Assembly: GCA_001779195.1 (NCBI GenBank)
Contig: MFJL01000019.1
Location: 27,192 to 91,191, forward strand
DNA: 64,000 bases
Reading direction: 5' to 3'
Origin: Candidatus Gottesmanbacteria bacterium RIFCSPHIGHO2_02_FULL_39_11
GTDB taxonomy: Bacteria; Patescibacteriota; Microgenomatia; 2-02-FULL-39-11
This document shows positions 56,840-64,000 of this stretch, piece by piece. Below the pieces are notes generated by a model that made no database searches, had not been told where the DNA came from, and worked only from the letters and a program-made list of their open reading frames with translations. Within the stretch, counting starts at the first letter, position 1. Every line of letters starts with the position of its first letter. Made by a program: the position numbers and the translations under genes.

Positions 56840-56926
56840 GGAGAGGTCGCATAGTGGCCTAGTGCAGAGGTTTACTAAACCTCCGTCCTGTCAAAGGGAC
56901 CGCGAGTTCGAATCTCGCCCTCTCCG
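56840..56926 (+). tRNA. Type-II tRNA (long variable arm), Ser-like; the anticodon loop reads TTACTAA (apparent anticodon ACU)
   Basis: Acceptor GGAGAGG/CCTCTCC, a 3-bp D stem, anticodon stem GAGGT/ACCTC and a T arm GCGAG-TTCGAAT-CTCGC. The anticodon assignment is uncertain. Confidence 0.65.
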
Positions 56927-57014
56927 CAGCGTAAGAAATCCCGTCTAAATCGGGATTTCAACGCTGCTGGAACGCTGAAATTTTCAGCAGAAAATTTCTT
57001 GCGTTGCCGCCTTC

Positions 57015-57295
57015 ATGTTTTATTACACCTATATTCTTCAAAGTAAAAAGAACAAGAGCCTTTATATCGGTTACACTTCGGATTTAAGGAAAAGATTAGA
57101 TAAACATAATTCAGGGAGAAACCTTGCTAACGAAACCCTTTATACCTTACAAGTTAATATATTACGAGGCCTTTCTCAACAGAATTGACGCCAAGAACAG
57201 GGAGGAATGTTTGAAGGGTGTATATGGAAGAAAAACGATTAAAGCAGTACTTAATAGATTTTTGGAAAATACCTCAAATTCGAAGGAACGTTGAA
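57015..57295 (+). pseudogene. GIY-YIG nuclease family (UPF0213-like) gene disrupted by a frameshift
   Basis: Frame A gives MFYYTYILQSKKNKSLYIGYTSDLRKRLDKHNSGRN and frame B gives PYKLIYYEAFLNRIDAKNREECLKGVYGRKTIKAVL. Together they make an intact GIY-YIG domain. Confidence 0.6.
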
Positions 57296-57332
57296 ATTTA
57301 TGGAATAAATTTATTACGTTCCGGTTCAGGAA

Positions 57333-58040
57333 GTGCGTTTATTAAGAAACATAAAATTGTTATACTCAAATAAGATTATATATTTAATTATTATGACAAT
57401 ATTTGGTTATAAAATCTCGAAATTAGCAGTCGTTGTATTTATAGTCATAGTTTTTTTGATTTTCCTTAGTAATTTAATCATGAAACAAATAGCGAGGGAA
57501 CCTGAGTGGTTGGTCGAAAGAAATCGATTAGCAAACGAAGAGAAAATTCGAACGTCAGATTGGCAAATATATAAAAACGATGAGTATTATTTTAAATTTC
57601 AAAATCCTCCAATGACTAAAGTTGATGATTGTATAATTACAGACTGTTCACTTAGTGTTGTTTTTGGTTCTGAGAATTATAAAGAACTTTATGGGATAAA
57701 AAATGCAAATGGCCCAACAAGAAAATATTTTATGGGTATTATGGTAAAAACAAGTCCTTTGGAAGTTAGTCTGAAAGAGTACGTAGAAAATCAAAAAAAT
57801 GCTATTAAAAATATATCCTTATCCAATCGCGAAGCACTGGGTAAAGATCTAAATGTTGACTGGATTGTTAAAACAAGTGAAATAGAGAATATACAAGGAT
57901 ATGTTATTGAAACAGTTAATTATGATGACAATACACCATCAAGAAGATTTTTTATTCCCTTAAAAAACAATCAACTACTGGTCATTCTTGAAGTTGGGAG
58001 AAATATCGACGACATATTGTCAAAATTCGTATTTAACTGA
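57333..58040 (+). CDS. Hypothetical membrane-anchored protein (AT-rich)
   Basis: A 235-aa ORF with an N-terminal TM helix and no recognised family. Confidence 0.35.
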   Translation: MRLLRNIKLLYSNKIIYLIIMTIFGYKISKLAVVVFIVIVFLIFLSNLIMKQIAREPEWLVERNRLANEEKIRTSDWQIYKNDEYYFKFQNPPMTKVDDCIITDCSLSVVFGSENYKELYGIKNANGPTRKYFMGIMVKTSPLEVSLKEYVENQKNAIKNISLSNREALGKDLNVDWIVKTSEIENIQGYVIETVNYDDNTPSRRFFIPLKNNQLLVILEVGRNIDDILSKFVFN

Positions 58041-58319
58041 ATTCATGATATAAATAGGTTCTAACTTTGTATATGGTCTCCCGCCTGATGGGATAGAAAG
58101 AAAAATGAGATTTAGATTGGTATAAAGATCCATACTTAATTCGATGAATTTAATTCTTTCTTCTTTCCATACGCTACAACCAAATGGGATTTGAACCATA
58201 AATACAAAATACGAAATGCATCGTAACAAAATTACGTTTCATCTACTTTTCTGAATTTTACAGGCGGTATTTTCAAAGCGAAAAACTTATTATAATCCTT
58301 TGCATGCTAAAATCTTTTT

Positions 58320-60185
58320 ATGTCTGATGCTTTGGGAATCTTAAGGGAAAAGTTTGGCTATCATGATTTCAGATTTACCCAGGAAAAGATTATTGAATCC
58401 GTAATGTCTCTGAAGGATACTTTTGTCCTGATGCCCACAGGTGGCGGAAAATCTCTCTGTTTTCAGATTCCCGCCCTTTTATTTACAGGTACTACTATTG
58501 TTGTTTCTCCTCTTATATCCCTCATGAAAGACCAGGTAGATAGTTTAAAATTGTCCGGTATTCCTGCTGCTTTTTTAAATTCCACCCTTTCATACGAAGA
58601 ACAAACAGCAATTATCCATCAATTGATCAATCAGAAGCTGAAATTACTCTATGTTGCACCAGAACGTTTATTAAACGAGAATGGTCAATTCCTCAGTCTT
58701 CTTTTAAGAGTTCATATTTCTCTTTTTGCAATTGATGAAGCGCACTGCATATCCCATTGGGGTCATGATTTTCGGCCGGAATATTTAAAATTATCAAAAC
58801 TTAAGAAAAACTTTCCCCATATACCTGTCGTTGCCCTGACGGCTACTGCTGATGATCTCACACAGAAAGACATTCTGGAAAAATTATCCCTTGTACATCC
58901 CAATGTTTTTATTTCTAGTTTCAACAGGAAAAATATCCATTACTATGTGGAACCCAAAAAAAACACCTACAGAAGAATTACAGACTATATCCGTTTACAC
59001 CATGACGAATCTGGAATTATCTATTGCCTTTCCAGGAAGAGTGTGGAGAGTTTAGCTTCTGATCTCTCCGGTGATGGATTTTCAGCCAAGCCTTACCATG
59101 CAGGGCTTTCCAAAAATATCCGTGATAGGAATCAGGATTTATTCATCAAGGATGAAGTAAAAATTATTGTTGCTACCATTGCTTTCGGACTGGGTATCGA
59201 CAAATCAAATGTGCGCTATGTCATCCACCTGGATCTGCCAAAAAATATCGAGAGTTATTATCAGGAAACCGGAAGAGCGGGAAGGGATGGAGTAAAAAGT
59301 GAAGCGCTTCTTTTCTATAGCCGCGGGGATGTTTTAAAACTGAAAAAGTTTGCTGAGATTGAAAATGACCCCGTCCAATCGGAGATTATGCTTGATAAAC
59401 TGCGGAAAATGGCTAGATACGGTGAGATAACTACCTGCCGCCGCAAATTTATATTGAACTATTTCGGAGAGGATTTTGACGGTAATTGCAATTCTTGTGA
59501 TATATGTCTGACTGAATTTGAAAGAATCGACGGTACTATCATTGCCCAAAAAGCTTTATCAGCAGTTGCCAGAGTCGGACAGCGTTTCGGTACAAATTAT
59601 ATTATTGATTTTCTAAAGGGAGCAAAATCGGAAAAAATTTGGCCATACCACAAAAATTTAAAAACATACGGCATAGGCGCGAATCTAACTTCCGACGAGT
59701 GGAGACACTACATCCATGATCTTATTGAATTAGGATTTCTAAAACAGGTAGGTGGGCAATACCCGGTTCTTAAACTTACCGAAAAAAGCCTTGATGTATT
59801 AAAAGGCAAGGAGAAAGTGATGCTTGTGAAAATTGCCAAAAAAACGGAACTGATTTCCGAGTCTTCCAAAGCATATGAAAAAGATCTTTTTACACTGCTA
59901 AAATCCATACGCCTCACACTGGCCACAGATGCCAAAGTACCGGCATATATTATTTTTTCTGACGCGACCTTAATTGAGATGTCTACCTATTTGCCCCAAA
60001 CTATGGAAGAACTAGCCTGGATTTCCGGTTTTGGAAATATTAAACTTAAGCGTTTCGGGGAAATATTCTTAAAGTCCATTAAGGAGTATTGTGTCTTGAA
60101 AGGGTTAACCTCAAAAATACTAATGAAGAGTCCCAAAAGACATAGAAGAACTAGAACTGACTCGGCACTGCATAATCAGGTCTGA
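58320..60185 (+). CDS. recQ: ATP-dependent DNA helicase RecQ
   Basis: [12 protein letters not shown], Walker [15 protein letters not shown] and DEAH ([17 protein letters not shown]) are present, with an RQC Zn site and a C-terminal HRDC. Confidence 0.93.
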   Translation: MSDALGILREKFGYHDFRFTQEKIIESVMSLKDTFVLMPTGGGKSLCFQIPALLFTGTTIVVSPLISLMKDQVDSLKLSGIPAAFLNSTLSYEEQTAIIHQLINQKLKLLYVAPERLLNENGQFLSLLLRVHISLFAIDEAHCISHWGHDFRPEYLKLSKLKKNFPHIPVVALTATADDLTQKDILEKLSLVHPNVFISSFNRKNIHYYVEPKKNTYRRITDYIRLHHDESGIIYCLSRKSVESLASDLSGDGFSAKPYHAGLSKNIRDRNQDLFIKDEVKIIVATIAFGLGIDKSNVRYVIHLDLPKNIESYYQETGRAGRDGVKSEALLFYSRGDVLKLKKFAEIENDPVQSEIMLDKLRKMARYGEITTCRRKFILNYFGEDFDGNCNSCDICLTEFERIDGTIIAQKALSAVARVGQRFGTNYIIDFLKGAKSEKIWPYHKNLKTYGIGANLTSDEWRHYIHDLIELGFLKQVGGQYPVLKLTEKSLDVLKGKEKVMLVKIAKKTELISESSKAYEKDLFTLLKSIRLTLATDAKVPAYIIFSDATLIEMSTYLPQTMEELAWISGFGNIKLKRFGEIFLKSIKEYCVLKGLTSKILMKSPKRHRRTRTDSALHNQV

Positions 60186-60491
60186 GTGATAAATCTAGTA
60201 TATTGCTCTATACTAGAGTGCTAAAAGATGCTCTTTTAGCCTAATCTTAAGAAGTATTACTAGCTTTCTTTTCAGATATATAAAACCGCGTCAGACTATA
60301 GAAATGTATTACAATTGGTTCGAATAGAGACGCATCGGGTCCGCCTTCGCTTCGCTGAAGCCCCGCTAAGCGGGACGAAAGCGGGTTTCACCCTTTTTCA
60401 GCTCGGCTTCCGCGAGATAAAATCCGCTATAAATTAGTATATATTTCAGCTTATTTTCAGAAGCAACTGGTAACATAATTGTTTCTACCCA

Positions 60492-61553
60492 ATGAACAAG
60501 CATTTAGTTATCGTTTTTATTATTGTTATCGGAATTCTCACTAGTATTATTGGTTATAACCGTTTTTTCAAATATACTTCTAAGTCTGGTATTACTTTAA
60601 ATCAAAATACCCAACCAGAAGATCTCGGCGGACCAGTATATAAACCCAATCCGCTTTCCATAGAATACATGCGGAAGCAGGAATACCCAGGGAGCGACAT
60701 TGTTATTGAACAGACGCTGCCCTCCGGGGCAAATTACAATAGGTACATTGCTTCTTATAAATCAGACGGTTTGAAAATATTCGCACTACTGACAATACCG
60801 TTTGGTGAAAAACCCAAAACTGGCTGGCCGGTCGTTATCTTTAATCACGGGTATATTCCACCAAAGCAGTACCGGACAACCGAGAGATATATTGCCTATA
60901 CGGATGCTTTTTCCAGAAACGGCTATATGGTCTTTAAATCCGATTACCGGGGACATGGAAATTCTGAAGGGCAGGGAAACAGTTATGGATCAAATGGTTA
61001 CACGATTGACGTATTAAATGCTGTTGCATCGATGAAAAAATACAAAGATGCTGACCTGAATAGAATTGGCATGTGGGGACATTCTATGGGGGGACATATT
61101 ACGCTTCGGTCCATGGTAGTAAGCCACGATATTAAGGCAGGAGTTATTTGGGCGGGAGTAGTTGCATCGTATCCGGATTTAATTTCTAAATGGCGAAGGG
61201 GAAATACACCTGTCAATACGACTCTGTCACCGTTTCCAACATCCTCTTCCCGAGGTGGTTGGAGACGAGGGTTTATTGACCAGTATGGAACACCAGAAGA
61301 GAATCCAGAATTTTGGAATTCCATTTCTTCAAATTCTTACCTTGCCGATATATCTGGTCCACTCCAGCTTCATCATGGAACAGAAGACCATTCAGTACCT
61401 TACGAGTTTTCCCAAACCTTAGCCGAGCAGTTAAAACAAGCAGGCAAAGAAGTAGAACTCTATATTTATCCTGGTGATGAACATGATATTCCCAATAACT
61501 TTGGTACTGCAATGCAAAGATCAGTTGAGTTTTTTGATAAATATCTTAAATAG
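60492..61553 (+). CDS. Alpha/beta hydrolase, S9 peptidase/dienelactone hydrolase-like, with an N-terminal TM helix
   Basis: The nucleophile elbow is GMWGHSMGG, with HGTEDHSVP and GDEHD in the C-terminal part. Confidence 0.68.
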   Translation: MNKHLVIVFIIVIGILTSIIGYNRFFKYTSKSGITLNQNTQPEDLGGPVYKPNPLSIEYMRKQEYPGSDIVIEQTLPSGANYNRYIASYKSDGLKIFALLTIPFGEKPKTGWPVVIFNHGYIPPKQYRTTERYIAYTDAFSRNGYMVFKSDYRGHGNSEGQGNSYGSNGYTIDVLNAVASMKKYKDADLNRIGMWGHSMGGHITLRSMVVSHDIKAGVIWAGVVASYPDLISKWRRGNTPVNTTLSPFPTSSSRGGWRRGFIDQYGTPEENPEFWNSISSNSYLADISGPLQLHHGTEDHSVPYEFSQTLAEQLKQAGKEVELYIYPGDEHDIPNNFGTAMQRSVEFFDKYLK

Positions 61554-61554
61554 A

Positions 61555-62640
61555 TCATTGAAGCAGCTCTTGGGCAGATTTTAGGTTTTTATTGTAAAAA
61601 AGAGCTTTATCAAATTCTTTTTTTGCTTCATCTGTTTTTCCCTGTTTTTGAAAAATTCTTCCTCTTAAAATATAAAGCTCCGAAAAAGCCCGGTTATCAT
61701 TATTTATAATCTTATCTGTCAACTCAAAAACTCTTTCATAATTTTCCAATTCAAAATATGCTTCAATTGGTTCAATCTGATACCAGAGTGTCCGGAAAGG
61801 AAGTCTATCGTCAACCATCTCAAATTCCGAAACAGCACCGTCAAAATCACCGGTATGATAGAGCGCAACAGAGAGGTTAAATCGGGCATATATAGTATCT
61901 GGGTTTAACTCCAATTCCTTTTGAGAATTGTCTGCTGCTTTTTTCCATGACGTTATTACATCGGCATCTTCACCTAAAATACTTTTTGCCAGGGGTTCTT
62001 TATCGGGAGAGACAAGAACCAAATATTCATAATTAAACATCTGCCAGAGTCGCATAAATTGCAAATAGGAATACCTCAAGTTGTGACCTTGCAGTGAGTC
62101 ATCCTGTATGAATTCTCCTGTGGTGTCATCGTATCCTTTAATTACTCTGTAATGTCCAATATCATCAGTTTCTTTTAAAAGAGTTCTGGTTACAACAGGA
62201 ATATCATAAGTGATGAATTGCTTTATAAGCTTAATAGTGCCATTTGGCCGATGGAATGGGACAAGCTTGTACTCCGAAGCTTTTTCTGCTAGCTCACCCA
62301 AAGTAACTGATTTATCATCATTATTTCCCTGAGTTTGCTGATACGGTCTTAAGTCCTGTCCTAACTCTTGCTGGCTTTTGTTGACTCCATAGTAAGAAAG
62401 AGCCATGGATAAAGCTGCGGGACCGCAATTATTAAATGTTTGAAATACCTGATAATCATTTTCAATGACATAAGTTACTGGAAGCGGTTGCAGAGTAGGG
62501 GTTAGTGTAACGGCGGGAGTGTCAGTAACGGCAACTTCAGTTGGAAATACACTAGAAACAGGCGGTTTATTTTCATACATTTTAAAAAACACGATCATAC
62601 TTAAAACAATTATCGAAAAAATAAGAAAAGGTTTTATCAT
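61555..62640 (-). CDS. Peptidase C39-like domain protein with TPR repeats
   Basis: The N-terminal TM helix is followed by FNNCGPAALSMALSYYG, a C39-like papain-fold Cys motif. C-terminal TPR-like repeats are present. Confidence 0.55.
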   Translation of the reverse strand: MIKPFLIFSIIVLSMIVFFKMYENKPPVSSVFPTEVAVTDTPAVTLTPTLQPLPVTYVIENDYQVFQTFNNCGPAALSMALSYYGVNKSQQELGQDLRPYQQTQGNNDDKSVTLGELAEKASEYKLVPFHRPNGTIKLIKQFITYDIPVVTRTLLKETDDIGHYRVIKGYDDTTGEFIQDDSLQGHNLRYSYLQFMRLWQMFNYEYLVLVSPDKEPLAKSILGEDADVITSWKKAADNSQKELELNPDTIYARFNLSVALYHTGDFDGAVSEFEMVDDRLPFRTLWYQIEPIEAYFELENYERVFELTDKIINNDNRAFSELYILRGRIFQKQGKTDEAKKEFDKALFYNKNLKSAQELLQ

Positions 62641-62718
62641 GGCAGTATTTTACCAAAATCATTAGCAACTAGATTTAACTCATTACCCATTCTATAATTA
62701 ACCCCCGGGGTAGATGAA

Positions 62719-63621
62719 TTATGATTTGATTTGAGGATTACATTTTTTAACTTCATCAATAAAATATTCTGTGAAGTTAGCAGGTTGGAATCTCATCGCA
62801 ACAAAATCAAGAACTCCATGGTTTACAGGTTTTAAACCCAGCAGCATTAACAATGAATTTATCTGATTGATAAACAAGCTTTGATTAACATTTTCAAACA
62901 TATGCATATTAATTCCATATTGGTAATACAGTCCGATAATAGTTAATATTTCCATTATATTCATATCATCAGATAGTTTTATCACTAACTCTTTCAACTT
63001 TTTTTGCATCATTTGAAGGTATTGTTTGTAATAAATAGGGTCCGGATAATAGTGCCATACTTCGTTATTAGTGATCCAGCAATCTTTCGGTAATGCATCA
63101 AAACATATACCGGACAGAGCAACTACCTGAGTATCCTTGTCAGTATAAGGATCCGAATATTTTTTGGCTAATGGGATAATTATTTGTTTTACCATTGCAC
63201 TGTGTTCTCCTTGGGACGTCCTTTTCTCTGCTAATAATTTTCCTCCTTTGCCTTTATATGCCTGTTTTTTGTGCAGTTCTATTAACCAGGTTCTGTTATT
63301 TTGAAAACCTTTGTTTGTCAAACTTAGGAGGAAATATTTCTCCTGTTCGATAGATCTTTTTATCAAAGAAACGTGTTCTTCATTCGTCAGGTCAGGATAA
63401 GGTTGTTTACCATATCTAAAGTATTTATTGTCATTATCAGAATAATACTTTGACCATTTTCCATAAGGATCGCGAACTAATCCTTTCCAGAATGAAATAA
63501 GTTTTTGTTCTTTATTGTTTTTACTATCTACAGCTTTTCTCACACTATCTAATTCTGGAAAAACTCTTTCTTGTATCAGTTTTGATAGTGTTATTGGCAA
63601 ATCAATCATTAAAAATATCAA
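62719..63621 (-). CDS. Hypothetical protein (possible degenerate Fic-like helical domain)
   Basis: A 300-aa ORF. The segment GINMHMFENVNQS loosely resembles HPFx(D/E)GNGR but lacks key residues. Confidence 0.3.
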   Translation of the reverse strand: MIFLMIDLPITLSKLIQERVFPELDSVRKAVDSKNNKEQKLISFWKGLVRDPYGKWSKYYSDNDNKYFRYGKQPYPDLTNEEHVSLIKRSIEQEKYFLLSLTNKGFQNNRTWLIELHKKQAYKGKGGKLLAEKRTSQGEHSAMVKQIIIPLAKKYSDPYTDKDTQVVALSGICFDALPKDCWITNNEVWHYYPDPIYYKQYLQMMQKKLKELVIKLSDDMNIMEILTIIGLYYQYGINMHMFENVNQSLFINQINSLLMLLGLKPVNHGVLDFVAMRFQPANFTEYFIDEVKKCNPQIKS

Positions 63622-63625
63622 ATCT

Positions 63626-64000
63626 TTATTCTAAATTTGCCATGGTTTTTAACAGTTCCGCCGACCAACGATAGATATTGTAATTTTTTACAATCTCACG
63701 CATTTTCCGGATTTTTCTTATCTGTTCCGATGGTGTCATCTCAAGACCTGATTTGATGGCTTCAGACATGTGTTCTGTGTTGTAAGGATTCACTATAAAA
63801 GCATCTTTCAGTTCCCGGGACGATCCGGCAAACTGACTGAGAATGAGTACCCCCCTTTCATCATCTCGGGCGGCAATAAATTCCTTCGCTACGAGATTCA
63901 TCCCGTCATGAAGAGAAGTAACCAAACAGATATTGGCAAGCCGGTAAAAGTGATTCAATTCTTCATGATTGTAACGTTTCTTGAGAAAAATAATCGGTTC
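63626..64000 (-). CDS. otsA: Trehalose-6-phosphate synthase (GT20), C-terminal part; the gene continues beyond the window end
   Basis: HFYRLANICLVTSLHDGMNLVAKEFIAAR...ILSQFAGSSRELKDAFIVNPYN matches the OtsA C-terminal UDP-binding region. The reading frame stays open to position 64000. Confidence 0.82.
   Translation of the reverse strand, partial: EPIIFLKKRYNHEELNHFYRLANICLVTSLHDGMNLVAKEFIAARDDERGVLILSQFAGSSRELKDAFIVNPYNTEHMSEAIKSGLEMTPSEQIRKIRKMREIVKNYNIYRWSAELLKTMANLE

Noticed and set aside
58185-58212. Possible tRNA gene on the minus strand (GGTTCAAATCCCA T-loop-like sequence)
   Set aside because: No complete cloverleaf (acceptor, D and anticodon arms) can be folded by hand. It is treated as a tRNA 3' fragment or attachment-site remnant at most.
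62719-63621. Fic/Doc toxin call for the 300-aa protein
   Set aside because: The candidate motif HMFENVNQS lacks the invariant Pro, Gly and Arg residues of HPFx(D/E)GNGR. The evidence is insufficient, so it is left as hypothetical.
1-64000. A search for CRISPR arrays, rRNA genes and reverse transcriptase or diversity-generating retroelement signatures
   Set aside because: No regularly spaced direct repeats with unique spacers were found. No 16S, 23S or 5S-like conserved stretches were found. No YxDD reverse-transcriptase motif ORF was seen in any frame.

Overview
This is a low-GC bacterial chromosomal segment that spans the replication origin. The origin shows the classic layout: dnaN and dnaA on the minus strand, DnaA boxes (TTATCCACA) in both flanking intergenic regions, then rpmH-rnpA-yidD-yidC-jag on the plus strand. 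The gene content suggests a small-genome Candidate Phyla Radiation (Patescibacteria)-type bacterium, but that is inference only.

What else is in the window:
- **A type IV secretion-like system in two parts.** A PrgI-like membrane protein with a long C-terminal extension and a VirB4 ATPase split in two at a poly-A tract sit at 2.1-7.7 kb. At 42-46 kb there is a VirB6/TrbL-like polytopic membrane protein, six tandem paralogous VirB2/TrbC-like pilin genes sharing a conserved W-I-T-S-G-G-D...A-R motif, and a divergent ECF sigma factor. Two large, higher-GC genes of unknown function converge on the membrane protein.
- **A carbohydrate island (20.9-38.1 kb).** It holds aldose 1-epimerase, a GH1 beta-glucosidase, galE-galT-galK, a eukaryote-type hexokinase, a SIS isomerase, an LmbE-like deacetylase, a GpgS-like glycosyltransferase, a GH63 hydrolase, a PfkB kinase and a LacD-like aldolase. 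An AbiEi/AbiEii abortive-infection cassette is inserted next to a duplicated hexokinase 5' fragment.
- **An archaeal-style mevalonate operon (47.8-55.2 kb).** HMG-CoA reductase, HMG-CoA synthase, thiolase, a DUF35 protein, mevalonate kinase, a second GHMP kinase (probable phosphomevalonate kinase) and mevalonate diphosphate decarboxylase are followed by uppS.
- **Toxin-antitoxin and mobile elements.** There are two divergent VapBC pairs and a HepT/MntA pair flanked by two type-II tRNAs. An IS element with a DDE (rve) transposase and terminal inverted repeats sits at 18.1-19.4 kb, and a frameshifted GIY-YIG gene at 57.0 kb.
- **Other housekeeping genes.** A ClpC/ClpB-family ATPase (truncated at the 5' edge), nadD, nadE, an O-antigen ligase-like protein, comF, recQ and otsA (truncated at the 3' edge).
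- **Two families of small non-coding repeats.** Hairpin elements bounded by GTCATCC...(G/A)ATGAC lie immediately downstream of many genes, and one copy is inserted in frame in the O-antigen ligase. Heptamer arrays (TTATTGG, AGGTnAA), often as inverted pairs, are also present.

No CRISPR array, rRNA or reverse transcriptase was seen.
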